A stretch of 64,000 nucleotides of DNA from Elusimicrobiota bacterium (GCA_043811535.1 JBDRNC010000028.1:96001-160000), one strand, 5' to 3'; positions 36,124-46,726 are shown, counted from the stretch's first letter. A program made the numbers and translations. The notes: generated by a model from the sequence alone, not told the origin.

Positions 36124-36385
36124 GATAACCGCTTGTACTATCCACCTTCGCTATACGTGTCATCAATAAACATGGCTATTTCCGCCTTCGATGGCATATC
36201 ATCAATATTCGCGGCTATTCGCCGCATTGATGATATATCTTCGGCGGACAGGCGCCATAGAGGAGCACTTTCAGTATCCCGCTTTGGCGGGACTAAATCT
36301 GCTCCCTCCCGTGGGATTGACGCCACAGCTTCGGTGGATTTCGCAAAAAATATTCAAAGATACAACGGCTATAAAACAAAGGCGC

Positions 36386-37531
36386 TCATTTATACAACTC
36401 TATCTGGCCTACAATGAATTTACCCTTGCCGCCCTTATCGTCATCAACCTTTTTTGAAATTGCGAAATGAATCTTGGGATCCACGTATTCGAGCGTCTGG
36501 TTCCCGTTCCAAAGGTACGCGAGGTCTGCGAACGGAACCTCAACGGTTGTCCACGCGGCGGTGTTGGATTTCATAGGCAATATCTTGCCGAAATTTGAAC
36601 CGTCCATGTCTTCTATTTTAAACTCTATTGAGTTCGCGCTTCCTTCTCCGCGGAACGTGAACTTGATGCCTTTGTATTTCGATACATCACCGGAAAATCC
36701 TTTCCACATTCCCCAGTAATTCCCGCCCGTGAGATCATAGGTGCATTCTATCGCCTTGCCGGTTTTTCCGGCGACTATCGCAAAATTGACCGTCACGGTG
36801 TTTTCAACGTATTTATCCCAGCCAGTAACGGAATCCATCGCATCCAGAACGTTGCCTGCTATTTTCGGAGCAGGAGCGGCAGCAGCGGGCTTAGTTTCTT
36901 CCTTGGCGGTTCCCTTCAGGACCGGCGCAGTACCGGTGCCGTATCCTTCCAGGTTATCTATCATTACTTTTCCGGTTTCGCCGGCGTCGCCTTCTTTAAC
37001 GGAAATTGCAAAGTGGATTTTACATTTTTTCAGGTCAAGCATCTGGTCGCCGCCCCACCAGTAGGTCATCTGGGAGAACGGGACTTCAACTACTGTCCAG
37101 GCGCCGGTGTTGCTTTTAAAAGCTAGCTCTTTTCCGAAATTTGAGCCGTCGGCGTCTTCAAGCTTTACTTCCACGGTATTCTTACCGCCTTCACCCCTGA
37201 AAACGAAGCGTACGCCGGAATATTTCGACAGGTCCTGGGGAAGCTCTTTACATATGCCGAGCCACGTGCCGGAGCCCATGCTGTAAGATACTTGCAACGC
37301 CTTGCCCACTTTTCCCGGAACGGATGAGAGTTTCAGCACGACGCCCTCATTAATATAATTATCCCAGCCCGCGGTGGATTCCATATCATCAAGATAATTT
37401 CCAGGCGCGGAGGAAACAGTTTTCGCGGCCGGAGCGTCAGTTTCCGTTGAAACCTTCTTTCTTGCGCCCATCGAGACCACCAACGAACCGGCTACAAGCA
37501 GAAGCGAGAAAAACTTTAAGAACTTGTTCAT
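36386..37531 (-). CDS. Secreted protein with two tandem carbohydrate-binding (CBM11/CIA30-like) domains
   Basis: Signal peptide; internal duplication (LDDMES/LDAMDS, FRGEG, EDxDGSNFGK, WTxVEVPF); Ala/Pro linkers. Confidence 0.75.
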   Translation of the reverse strand: MNKFLKFFSLLLVAGSLVVSMGARKKVSTETDAPAAKTVSSAPGNYLDDMESTAGWDNYINEGVVLKLSSVPGKVGKALQVSYSMGSGTWLGICKELPQDLSKYSGVRFVFRGEGGKNTVEVKLEDADGSNFGKELAFKSNTGAWTVVEVPFSQMTYWWGGDQMLDLKKCKIHFAISVKEGDAGETGKVMIDNLEGYGTGTAPVLKGTAKEETKPAAAAPAPKIAGNVLDAMDSVTGWDKYVENTVTVNFAIVAGKTGKAIECTYDLTGGNYWGMWKGFSGDVSKYKGIKFTFRGEGSANSIEFKIEDMDGSNFGKILPMKSNTAAWTTVEVPFADLAYLWNGNQTLEYVDPKIHFAISKKVDDDKGGKGKFIVGQIELYK

Positions 37532-37788
37532 CGCCAGAACCTCCTTAATATAGTGGAACTGCGGTTATACTGATTGCAACGGCGGAGTTTTCGCAATGTA
37601 ACCGTTTACGAGATTATATCTCATTTTTCTAAAAGTTGCAAGCACCTCTATTAAATAGTGTTTAGCGGATAGGAAAGACTTTTTTGTTTCTCCTATTCTC
37701 TATACGCTATACGCTACGACTAACAACCATTTACATTAATTGAAGTCCCCTTTAGGGGATACGCTATAATTTGCTATAATTAGGACAA

Positions 37789-38841
37789 ATGGAAATAATT
37801 ATCATTCTGTTCGCGCTGGCGATACTGGGCCTGCTTGTCTTTATCGCAATAAGGATGAAAAGCGCGCCCGGCGGGACCGATTCAGCTCTTATGCTGCAGC
37901 AGCAGCTGGAGAACCTGCGCGCGCAGCTTGCCGACAGCCTGAAATATAACACCGAAACGGTCAGCCGCCAGCTTGAGAACATCACCGGCCAGGTTCAAAA
38001 CTCCAACAAAGCGGTGGGCGAGCGGCTCGACAACGCGGCGCGGGTAGTCTCCGAAGTCAAGAAGGAGATAGGCTCACTTTCACAGGCGAGCGAGCGCATC
38101 TTTGAAGTGGGCAAGGATATCTCAAGCCTGCAGGAGATACTGCGCGCCCCGAAACTGCGCGGCGGCCTGGGCGAGTTTTTTCTCGGGGACCTGCTTTCGC
38201 AGATACTGCCCGGGGCGAACTACAAGCTCCAGCATAAATTCAGGAGCGGCGAGACAGTGGACGCAGTCATAATGATAGGAAACGGCCTCGTCCCGGTGGA
38301 TTCCAAGTTCCCGCTGGAGAACTTCAAGCGCGTGATAGAAGCGCAGAACGACGTGGATAAGAAAGCGGCGAAGAAAAAGTTCACGACCGACGTCAAAAAG
38401 CATATTGACGACATAGCCGTAAAATACATCCTTCCGGACGAGAAAACATTTGATTTCGCGCTGATGTACATTCCCGCCGAGAACATCTATTACGAAACGA
38501 TAATAAAGGATGAGATATCTCAGGAAGAAAACACGATTTCCGCTTATGCGCTGTCTAAGAAAGTCATACCCGTTTCGCCGAACTCGTTTTACGCCTACCT
38601 GCAGGCGATAGTCCTGGGGCTCAAAGGCATGCGCATAGAAAAGAACGCGGAAATCCTGATGCAGCACATAGCCCGGCTGAAAGGCGACTTTGCGAAGTTC
38701 CAGGGGGAGTTTGAAACACTCGGCGGGCACCTGACAAACGCGAAAAACAAGTACGAAGAAACCTCCAAGCGCCTTGAGAAGTTCGGGGATAAGCTGCTGA
38801 GCGAAGGCGAAACCGGGGAGAGCAAGAAGTTAAGCGAATGA
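37789..38841 (+). CDS. rmuC: DNA recombination protein RmuC
   Basis: TM anchor, coiled coil, RGGLGE, VDSKFP, FALMYIPAE. Confidence 0.92.
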   Translation: MEIIIILFALAILGLLVFIAIRMKSAPGGTDSALMLQQQLENLRAQLADSLKYNTETVSRQLENITGQVQNSNKAVGERLDNAARVVSEVKKEIGSLSQASERIFEVGKDISSLQEILRAPKLRGGLGEFFLGDLLSQILPGANYKLQHKFRSGETVDAVIMIGNGLVPVDSKFPLENFKRVIEAQNDVDKKAAKKKFTTDVKKHIDDIAVKYILPDEKTFDFALMYIPAENIYYETIIKDEISQEENTISAYALSKKVIPVSPNSFYAYLQAIVLGLKGMRIEKNAEILMQHIARLKGDFAKFQGEFETLGGHLTNAKNKYEETSKRLEKFGDKLLSEGETGESKKLSE

Positions 38842-38926
38842 GTAAAGACAGCGAGTAAGCGAGTTAGCTAGTGAGCGGGTAAGTAAAGACAAAAAACAAT
38901 AAATATTGTATAATACGGTTCGCATT

Positions 38927-39298
38927 AATAGCTGCTGCCATCTTTTAGTTTTGGACAAGTCCTCGAAAGGGCCGCTGTCCCGCGAATAAGCGGGACGAGT
39001 CAGCGGCAGTTCGTGTCGTGACGAACAGGAGCGGCGAGTCACGAACGGGCACCGCAGCGGAGCGAGGATGCCCAAACAAGCCGGTGAGCGCCCCGGCCGA
39101 CGCAGAGAGAATAACGCGGGATAAATATAAGATTATCGCAGTAACAATAGCTGCCGCCATCTTTTAGTTTTGGACAAGCCCTCGAAAGGGCCGCTGTCCC
39201 GCGAATAAGCGGGACGAGTCAGCGGCGGGCGCGAGATGTGAGCGCCCCGGCCGACTTGAGAGAATAACGCAGGGCAAATATAAGATTATCGTAGTAAT
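38927..39298 (+). repeat. Two tandem structured repeats, each starting with a copy of the tRNA leader/5' end
   Basis: aatagctg(c/t)-type gccatc motif at 38927, 39146, 39299; units of 219 and 153 bp. Confidence 0.9.
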
Positions 39299-39305
39299 AA
39301 TAGCT

Positions 39306-39382
39306 GCCGCCATCGTCTAGGGGTTTAGGACATCGCCCTCTCAAGGCGGAGATCGGGGGTTCAAATCCCCCTGGCGGCGCCA
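39306..39382 (+). tRNA. tRNA-Glu (anticodon CTC)
   Basis: Acceptor stem GCCGCCA/TGGCGGC, anticodon loop CT-CTC-AA, GTTCAAATC T loop, encoded CCA. Confidence 0.95.
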
Positions 39383-39627
39383 ATATCACCCTCTGAGTGA
39401 AATTTAGTCAGAGGGTTTTGTATTGGAATGAGAGCAGGCAGGGATTTGAAGCCGACCCGAGCGCCGCCGAAGAGGCGGAAGAAAGCGAGGGCGGCCGGCT
39501 GCGAAGGAGGAGCGCCAGCGACGGGTGAGCAGAAATCCCCCTGGCGGCGCCAATATCACCCTCTGAGTGAAATTTGGTCAGAGGGTTTTGTATTGGAATG
39601 AGAGCAGGCAGGGATTTGAAGTCGACC
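39363..39627 (+). repeat. 95-bp direct repeat of the tRNA 3' end plus terminator hairpin
   Basis: 39363-39457 vs 39533-39627, 2 mismatches. Confidence 0.92.
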
Positions 39628-39733
39628 TCCCTGTGAAACGGGGACTCCATTTAAGTATTGAAACGGAAGTCGCGAGCTGCGGCTGAAAAAAATACGAATA
39701 GTTGCTGCTCAATAAATAGGTGGCGCAAAATAT

Positions 39734-39764
39734 AAAAACCTTCCAATATTTATGGAAGGTTTTT
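39734..39764. terminator. Bidirectional intrinsic terminator
   Basis: AAAAACCTTCCA-N7-TGGAAGGTTTTT. Confidence 0.8.
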
Positions 39765-39782
39765 TGTTTTTCTATTTCCTAT

Positions 39783-40691
39783 TCACTTTTTTCTATACTT
39801 GCAATTGACTATAAATGTGCAACCGAGACATTGCGCGTCGCAGGGCTCGCCGTGCACAAGTACCTTGGTATGTTTTATGATGTTCTCTATATCGTTTTCG
39901 ATATGGTCGCTTATCCTGTGAAAATCCTGGATAGTCATTTTATAAGGTATCGTCATGTGAAGGTCTATGTGCTTCATTTTGCCGGAGCGCCTTGTCCGGA
40001 GCTCGTGGAAGTCCACAAAGATATCGCTGTGCTCGGCGATGATGCCCTTCACCTTTCCGAGTTCATCCTCCGATAACTGGGCGTCCATGAGCGGATGGAA
40101 GGAGCGCATGAGCATTTCATACGATTCCTTGAGTATAAACAGCGCTATCAGTATGGCGACTATCGGGTCAAGTATGTGCAGGTCGAATATCCATATAAGC
40201 AGCAGCCCCGCGGCGACGCCCAAAGACGTGAAAACATCCGCTTTTAAATGAAGGGCGTCGGCTTCTATCGCGACGGATTCTTCTTCTTTCGCGACTTTAT
40301 AGAGTTTCGCGGAAACAATGATGTTCACAATAGCAGAAATGGCCATAACGGCAAAACCAAGCCCGACATGCTCAACCTCAGTGCCTTTCATCATCTTCTT
40401 TATCGCTTCAACAATGATGATAAAGGAGGCTATAAGGATAAGTATGGCTTCTATGACGCCGGAAATGTTTTCAGCTTTTTCATGGCCGAACGGGTGGCTC
40501 TTGTCCGGCGGTTTGTCTGATACCTTTACGGAAATAAAGGCGATTATCGCGGCTATCAGGTCCATCGTGGAATGGATGGCTTCTGAAATAATGGATACTG
40601 CCCCCGTCATGATGCCCACGACGAGCTTTATCAGTATCAAACCGGAGTTGGAGATTATGGAAAGCTTCGCTACATCGGTTTTTCTGCTCAT
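39783..40691 (-). CDS. Cation diffusion facilitator transporter
   Basis: SEAIHSTMD, HPFGHEKAE, ADALHLKAD; C-terminal Cys cluster. Confidence 0.93.
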   Translation of the reverse strand: MSRKTDVAKLSIISNSGLILIKLVVGIMTGAVSIISEAIHSTMDLIAAIIAFISVKVSDKPPDKSHPFGHEKAENISGVIEAILILIASFIIIVEAIKKMMKGTEVEHVGLGFAVMAISAIVNIIVSAKLYKVAKEEESVAIEADALHLKADVFTSLGVAAGLLLIWIFDLHILDPIVAILIALFILKESYEMLMRSFHPLMDAQLSEDELGKVKGIIAEHSDIFVDFHELRTRRSGKMKHIDLHMTIPYKMTIQDFHRISDHIENDIENIIKHTKVLVHGEPCDAQCLGCTFIVNCKYRKK

Positions 40692-40781
40692 TCTTGGTAC
40701 AATTTAGCAAATAAAACGGTCCAGGTCAATTCACAAACTTGATGGAAAAACAATAATAAATAATGTAGAATTAGTAGGCGC

Positions 40782-42203
40782 ATGAACCTGATAAAGATTG
40801 ACGAATGCCGCTGGGAAATCCCCAAAACCGGCAAGATGAGGGTTCCCGGCATAATATACGCTTCCGAACAGATGATAAGCCACATTATTGGAGAAAAGGC
40901 CGCCGAGCAGGTGGCGAACGTGGCGGCGCTGCCGGGCATAATTGACAAAGCGATGGCGATGCCTGACATTCACTGGGGCTACGGTTTTCCCATAGGCGGC
41001 GTCGCGGCTTTTGACGCCGAAGAAGGCGTTATTTCGCCGGGCGGTATCGGCTACGACATAAACTGCGGCGTCAGACTGCTCAGGACCAACCTGCAATTCA
41101 AGGAAATCGAAAAGAAAGTACCGGCGCTTGTTGACGCGCTTTTTACGAATATCCCCTCCGGCGTGGGTTCTACCGGGAAACTTAACCTGTCGAAGGATGA
41201 AGTGATGCAGGTGCTGGAGCAGGGCTCCCACTGGGCCGTTAAGAAAGGTTTCGGGAGTCCCGACGACCTCGCGCACACGGAAGAGGAAGGCCGCATGGAA
41301 GGCGCGGACGGGTCGGCGGCAAGCAGCAGGGCTCTTGAGCGCGGCAGGGAACAGCTTGGAACTTTAGGCGCCGGCAACCATTTCCTTGAAATACAGGAAG
41401 TTGAAACAATATACGATAACGGCATTTCCGGCGCGTTCGGCCTGTTTGAAGGGCAGATGACCGTGATGATACACACGGGGTCCCGGGGGCTCGGGTACCA
41501 GATATGCGATGATAATCTGAAAATCCTGCAGGAAGCTTCGCGCAGGTACGGCATTGAACTGCCTGACCGCCAGCTCGCCTGCGCGCCGGTGAAATCGCCG
41601 GAGGGCCGCAAGTATTTTTCGGCCATGGCGGGCGCTGCCAATTACGCCTGGACCAACAGGCAGATAATAACACACTGGGTCCGGGAAACGCTGATGCGGG
41701 CGCTCGGTAAAACGCCGAAAGAATTAGGTCTTGAAGTTGTCTACGATGTAGCGCATAATATAGGTAAGTTTGAGGAACACGCCGGCAGGAAGATGATAGT
41801 CCACAGGAAGGGCGCCACGCGCGCCTTCTCAGCGGGCAGCCGCGGCATACCGGATGATTACCGCGCTACGGGCCAGCCCGTGTTGATACCGGGCACGATG
41901 GGAACCGAATCATACGTGCTAGTGGGTACGGAAGAAGCGATGAAACAGACATGGGGTTCCACATGCCACGGCGCGGGAAGGATGATGAGCCGGACCCAGG
42001 CCCGCCACGGCGGGCGCGGCGAAGATCTCGCGAAAGAACTCGGGAAGAAAGGGATCACCGTAAAAGCCGATTCCTGGAAAACCCTTGCCGAAGAGGCCCC
42101 ATCGGCGTATAAAAATGTTAACGAAGTCGTTGATATATGCGGTTCGGCGGGAATATCCCGCAAGGTCGCGAAACTGAAACCCAAGGGCGTAATAAAAGGA
42201 TAA
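40782..42203 (+). CDS. rtcB: RNA ligase RtcB
   Basis: MPDIHWGYGFPIG, DINCG, GNHFLE, HTGSRG, HRKGA, HGAGR. Confidence 0.97.
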   Translation: MNLIKIDECRWEIPKTGKMRVPGIIYASEQMISHIIGEKAAEQVANVAALPGIIDKAMAMPDIHWGYGFPIGGVAAFDAEEGVISPGGIGYDINCGVRLLRTNLQFKEIEKKVPALVDALFTNIPSGVGSTGKLNLSKDEVMQVLEQGSHWAVKKGFGSPDDLAHTEEEGRMEGADGSAASSRALERGREQLGTLGAGNHFLEIQEVETIYDNGISGAFGLFEGQMTVMIHTGSRGLGYQICDDNLKILQEASRRYGIELPDRQLACAPVKSPEGRKYFSAMAGAANYAWTNRQIITHWVRETLMRALGKTPKELGLEVVYDVAHNIGKFEEHAGRKMIVHRKGATRAFSAGSRGIPDDYRATGQPVLIPGTMGTESYVLVGTEEAMKQTWGSTCHGAGRMMSRTQARHGGRGEDLAKELGKKGITVKADSWKTLAEEAPSAYKNVNEVVDICGSAGISRKVAKLKPKGVIKG

Positions 42204-42207
42204 ATTC

Positions 42208-42285
42208 TAGCGTTCAGCGGATAGCGTATAGCGGATAGGAACGACAAAGACTTTCTATACGTTAAACGCTACACGCTATACGCTA
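42208..42285. repeat. Palindromic heptamer array (TAGCGTA/TACGCTA-type)
   Basis: tagcgttcagcggatagcgtatagcggata ... tatacgttaaacgctacacgctatacgcta; relative at 37662-37718. Confidence 0.8.
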
Positions 42286-42303
42286 ATACCAAGAGGTAAA
42301 CAA

Positions 42304-43578
42304 ATGTTGGACATTAAGATGATTCGTGAAAATCCTGACTTGATCAGAACCGGCCTTGAACGCAGGGGCCAGGAAATCAAGCTCGGTGAGCTGCTTGAGT
42401 GGGACGAAGAACGCAGAAAACTGATGGGCCAGATCGAGGCGATGAGAAATAAGCGCAACAAGGCCGCCGAAGACATTGCCAGAAACAAGAAAGAAGGAAA
42501 AGAGCCCTCGGAATCACTCGTGGCCGAGATGGATGCCGTCAGGGAAGAGATAAAGGAAAAGGAGCGTTTTCTTCTTTCACTGGAACAGAAGATAGAGGAT
42601 TTCCTCTTAAGGGTGCCTAACATCCCGGATGAAAGCGTTCCGGCCGGTAAGGGCGAGCAGCAGAATAAAGTCGTGTGCGAGCACGGCACCGTGCCCATAT
42701 ACAATTTCCCCGCCAAGACTCACTGGGACATCGGCGAAAAACTCGGCATACTGGATTTTGCCGCCGCGGCGAAAATATCGGGCGCCAGGTTCGCGCTACT
42801 GAAGGATAAAGGCTGCGCGCTCGAAAGGGCTCTGATCAGCTTTTTTCTGGACACACATACCGCGCGCGGCTATAAAGAGGTTTTCGCCCCCTATCTCGTC
42901 AGCCGGGAATCCATGCAGGGGACGGGGCAGCTTCCGAAATTTGAAGAAGAGCTGTTCAGGTGTAGGGACGAGGAACTGTACCTGCTGCCGACCGCGGAGG
43001 TTTCCGTCACGAACATACACAGGGATGATTTCCTGGAAGAAAAACAACTGCCCATCAAGTACGTGTCGTATTCCGCGTGTTTCAGGCGCGAGGCCGGTTC
43101 TTACGGAAAGGACACGAAAGGCCTCATACGGAACCACCAATTCAATAAGGTGGAACTTGTAAAATTTGTCAAGCCGGAAGACTCGATGGCGGAACTGGAA
43201 TCCCTCACAAACGACGCGGAAGAAGTCCTGAAAAAGTTGGGCCTTGTTTACAGGGTGATTGAACTTTGCACGGGCGATCTCGGGTTTTCGTCGTCAAAGA
43301 CTTACGATCTGGAAGTATGGATGCCGGGAGAAAAACGCTGGCGCGAGATCTCGTCCTGCTCCAACTTTAAGGATTTCCAGTCCCGCAGGATGAATATAAA
43401 GGTAAAACGGCAGAACAAGAGCAAAGATCTCGTCCATACGTTGAACGGGTCGGGAGTGGCTGTCGGCCGGACTTTCGCGGCGATACTTGAGAATTTCCAG
43501 CAAAAGGACGGCTCTATTGTGGTACCGGAAGTACTGAGACCATACACCAAATTCGACAAAATAGAAGTTTCAAAATAA
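42304..43578 (+). CDS. serS: Serine--tRNA ligase
   Basis: [32 protein letters not shown]. Confidence 0.98.
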   Translation: MLDIKMIRENPDLIRTGLERRGQEIKLGELLEWDEERRKLMGQIEAMRNKRNKAAEDIARNKKEGKEPSESLVAEMDAVREEIKEKERFLLSLEQKIEDFLLRVPNIPDESVPAGKGEQQNKVVCEHGTVPIYNFPAKTHWDIGEKLGILDFAAAAKISGARFALLKDKGCALERALISFFLDTHTARGYKEVFAPYLVSRESMQGTGQLPKFEEELFRCRDEELYLLPTAEVSVTNIHRDDFLEEKQLPIKYVSYSACFRREAGSYGKDTKGLIRNHQFNKVELVKFVKPEDSMAELESLTNDAEEVLKKLGLVYRVIELCTGDLGFSSSKTYDLEVWMPGEKRWREISSCSNFKDFQSRRMNIKVKRQNKSKDLVHTLNGSGVAVGRTFAAILENFQQKDGSIVVPEVLRPYTKFDKIEVSK

Positions 43579-43681
43579 GCAGGGGGACTTAAGTCCTCCC
43601 CCATGCCATCGGGCAGCCGGTAGACGGCGCTTAAGGGCTGGCTACTATAAGTTTTATGGCCTTAGCAATCTATTCATAAGC

Positions 43682-44680
43682 ATGAATATCACATTTCATC
43701 GCGGGATGTTCGGCTCAAAATGGGGATGGCTTCGGATCATTCCCATCGCGGCTTTCCTTGTCGTGGGAGTATGCGTATTAATAGGGCTCGGAGAACATGA
43801 AACCAATCGCGTATTCGGATATTTCCACGAGATCGCGGGGATATCGGCGGGATTCGGGCTTTTCCTTTTCGGATTCATGGTGTTGAAGAAGAAATGGCTC
43901 ATTGATAACACGCCTACCTCGAAAATCCGCTCGGTCGCGATGGGTTTTTCCGAAGTTAAGGGCAAGGCAAGGGAAAAATACGGCCTTAAGAGCCGGATAA
44001 CGCTGTGCGAGTGCGTCTTTTTCAAGTTCATGATAGAAAAAAGAGTGAAGGATTCAAAGGGACGGACGCACTGGGAAATTCTTGAACAAGGCAGTTCCAC
44101 TAATTATTTCTATATAGAGGACGACACGGGAAAATTGCTCGTAGACCCGCTTGACGCGGAGATTGTCATGCCACCCGATTACGCGTACACGGAAGGCGAT
44201 AAGCGCTATACGGAATGGTGCTTGCAGTCCGGTGACCAGGCATACGTGCTTGGAACGGTGAAAAAATTCAGGGATTACATAACCGATAGGAAAGAAAAGC
44301 TGACGGCTAAGCTGCGCGGCCTCAAGGCGGACAAGAAAAAAATGATGGAATTTGACGCCAATAAGGACGGCCAGATATGCGGCGAAGAGTGGGACAAAGC
44401 CGTTAAGGCGGTGGAAGAAGAACTTCTCAGAGAAGAGCTTCAGAACCCGCAACCCGAAGGCGACGACATAGTTATTGCCAAAGGGGACGCGGAAAAGACG
44501 TTTATATTATCCGACCGGAGTGAGAACGAAGTTTCCCGAAAGATGTTCATTTCATGCGTAACTTTTGTTATAATAGGTATTGTTCTCGTAACAGGTTTAT
44601 CAGTATCCTTGACAGCAAGAATCGGTCTACTGCCGGATTACATGGTAATACCATGGGAGACGTTTTACAGCGACGATTGA
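43682..44680 (+). CDS. Membrane protein with GIDE-like domain and EF-hand-like motif
   Basis: IDNTPTSKIRS.AMG..EVKG, F.IEDDTG, FDANKDGQICGEEWD; precedes lemA. Confidence 0.75.
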   Translation: MNITFHRGMFGSKWGWLRIIPIAAFLVVGVCVLIGLGEHETNRVFGYFHEIAGISAGFGLFLFGFMVLKKKWLIDNTPTSKIRSVAMGFSEVKGKAREKYGLKSRITLCECVFFKFMIEKRVKDSKGRTHWEILEQGSSTNYFYIEDDTGKLLVDPLDAEIVMPPDYAYTEGDKRYTEWCLQSGDQAYVLGTVKKFRDYITDRKEKLTAKLRGLKADKKKMMEFDANKDGQICGEEWDKAVKAVEEELLREELQNPQPEGDDIVIAKGDAEKTFILSDRSENEVSRKMFISCVTFVIIGIVLVTGLSVSLTARIGLLPDYMVIPWETFYSDD

Positions 44681-44818
44681 TAAGTTAATATATTGTGTAA
44701 TGTTTGATGTTAAATGTTTAATGAATTCAGACAACATCACTTCTGAAGTTGCCACTTATTTTCATTACACATTACACTTTACGCATTAAACATTGCTGCA
44801 AATATTAGGGAGGTATAA

Positions 44819-45400
44819 ATGGGCATGGGCATAGCGCTTGTTTTTCTTGTTCTTATTGGTATGGTCGCTCTCGGGGTGGTCATTTATGCCATAGGTATCT
44901 ATAACCAGCTCATTCAAATCAAGGTAAACGTGGACAAATCGTGGGCGAACATAGACGTCCTTTTAAAGCAGAGATACGACGAGATACCGAAACTTGTCAA
45001 GGTATGCGAGGGCTACATGAAATTCGAGCAGGCAACGCTTGAAAAAGTAACGCTTGCCAGGACAAGGTATCTTGAGGCGAAAAGCCCCGGCCAGGTAGCA
45101 CAGGCGGATTCCATGCTGACAGGTGCGTTGAAATCGCTGTTCGCGGTTTCCGAGAGTTATCCGGATTTGAAAGCGAACAACAATTTCATGCAGCTGCAGC
45201 AAAGAGTGAGCTACCTGGAAAACCAGATAGCCGACAGGCGCGAGTTTTACAACGACTCGGTCGGGGTATACAACGCGCGCATTAAGCAGATACCCGAAGT
45301 CTTCGTGGCCAACGCGATGGGATTTACAGACAGAGAAATGTACAAGGTGGCCGAATCGGAAAAGGTTTCGCCGGACATTAAATTTGACATGCCTAAATGA
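44819..45400 (+). CDS. lemA: LemA family protein
   Basis: YNQL, WANIDVLLKQRYD, ESYPDLKAN, RREFYN. Confidence 0.93.
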   Translation: MGMGIALVFLVLIGMVALGVVIYAIGIYNQLIQIKVNVDKSWANIDVLLKQRYDEIPKLVKVCEGYMKFEQATLEKVTLARTRYLEAKSPGQVAQADSMLTGALKSLFAVSESYPDLKANNNFMQLQQRVSYLENQIADRREFYNDSVGVYNARIKQIPEVFVANAMGFTDREMYKVAESEKVSPDIKFDMPK

Positions 45401-45463
45401 CTCGGAGCGAAGCCCTGAGTCATCCCCGAATGTATTAATCGGGGATCCATTAGAATTGAATAT

Positions 45464-46579
45464 ATGAGCAAGATTATAATATCCGTATCCGATCAGCAAA
45501 ACGCGCAGGAAATAAAGAAAGCGCTGGCCCAGGCGGGATTTCAAGTCGTTGAGACAAGGAACAATTTGCCGCTGCGCGCGCAGATTTCCGTGCAGAACCC
45601 CGACATGATTATCGCGGACGAAGATATAGTGGAAAACGAAGGCCCCGATCTGAAAAAGCTGTTTCCGGACAAGCCGATAGTGGCATGGATGAGCCGGCAC
45701 AGCGCGAAAGTGGCGGTCGAACTCATTACAGAGGGAGCCTTTGACTGCACGTCGCCTCCGCTGGATCCCAAAACGCTGATAGGCATAGTAGAATACGCGT
45801 TAAAGAAGGCAAAAGTAGTTGAGCACGAAACCGAGTTCATGAGAAAATATCTCAGCGGGCTCGTAATCGCCCTGATCGCCGTTGTCGCGTTCGCCGTCAG
45901 CGTCTTTTTTATAAGGGATCTCGCGGATTACCGGAAACCAAAAACATTCTCGCTGACTTTCCAGAACCCGACCGGGGTATTCTGCAGCGGGAATACGTTG
46001 TGGGTTTCGGACTGGTACACGCAGAGCATTTATAAATACAGGACCGGGAAGAACCTGAAGCTTTTAAAGACCTACTATTTCCAGGGGCATAACCCGAATT
46101 CGGTGGCTTTCATAGACGGTCTGCTGTGGATAATAGATTCCGGCGGAAGTATAAGAAGATACGAGGTGAAGGACGATGAGCTTATATTCCACAGCTCTTT
46201 CAAGACGCCCGGCGCTTCGCCGACGGGCTTCTGGCAGGAAAATAAGTACTTCTGGAGCCTCGACGCGGAAGAAGGCGCTATATTCGAGCACCTGCTGAAA
46301 GAGCCCGAGGATATAGTGGCGAGATACACGTATCCCGGGCTTATGCCCATAGGGATATATTATGACGGCGAGTATTTCTGGACGGCGGAAGGAAGAACCG
46401 GGAAAATTTACAGGCATTTCGGGCCCGACAGGGACTTCCAGATAAACGCCACGTATACGATAATCCCCGAAGGCGGAGGGACGCTGGCGGGCCTCAGCGG
46501 GGACGGCGCGAATCTCTGGCTCGTGTTTTCCGGCCAGCCGGCAAAGGTCATGCGGTATCCTACAAAGAAACTTAAGTAA
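45464..46579 (+). CDS. Receiver-like domain + TM helix + beta-propeller protein
   Basis: N-terminal REC-like fold (IIAD, GAFD..SPP), single TM, repeated P.G....G..LW blades. Confidence 0.7.
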   Translation: MSKIIISVSDQQNAQEIKKALAQAGFQVVETRNNLPLRAQISVQNPDMIIADEDIVENEGPDLKKLFPDKPIVAWMSRHSAKVAVELITEGAFDCTSPPLDPKTLIGIVEYALKKAKVVEHETEFMRKYLSGLVIALIAVVAFAVSVFFIRDLADYRKPKTFSLTFQNPTGVFCSGNTLWVSDWYTQSIYKYRTGKNLKLLKTYYFQGHNPNSVAFIDGLLWIIDSGGSIRRYEVKDDELIFHSSFKTPGASPTGFWQENKYFWSLDAEEGAIFEHLLKEPEDIVARYTYPGLMPIGIYYDGEYFWTAEGRTGKIYRHFGPDRDFQINATYTIIPEGGGTLAGLSGDGANLWLVFSGQPAKVMRYPTKKLK

Positions 46580-46726
46580 GACCGTTAAAAAAAATCAACG
46601 GTCTTGATTACATAGATTAGGAAAAGAGATTACACAGAAACACCGACCAAACTTAATCTGTGTAATCTCTTAAGAATCACTGTAATTAGAGATTATTGAT
46701 TTTTCAATAATCTCAAAAAGGCAATT

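Noticed and set aside
36030..36340. Cobalamin or SAM riboswitch upstream of the met genes (also sought upstream of exbB)
   Set aside because: No B12-box or S-box consensus seen by eye; an Rfam scan would be decisive.
38927..39627. CRISPR array or prophage att pair
   Set aside because: Units are 150-220 bp with conserved rather than unique spacers; no cas, integrase or phage genes in the window.
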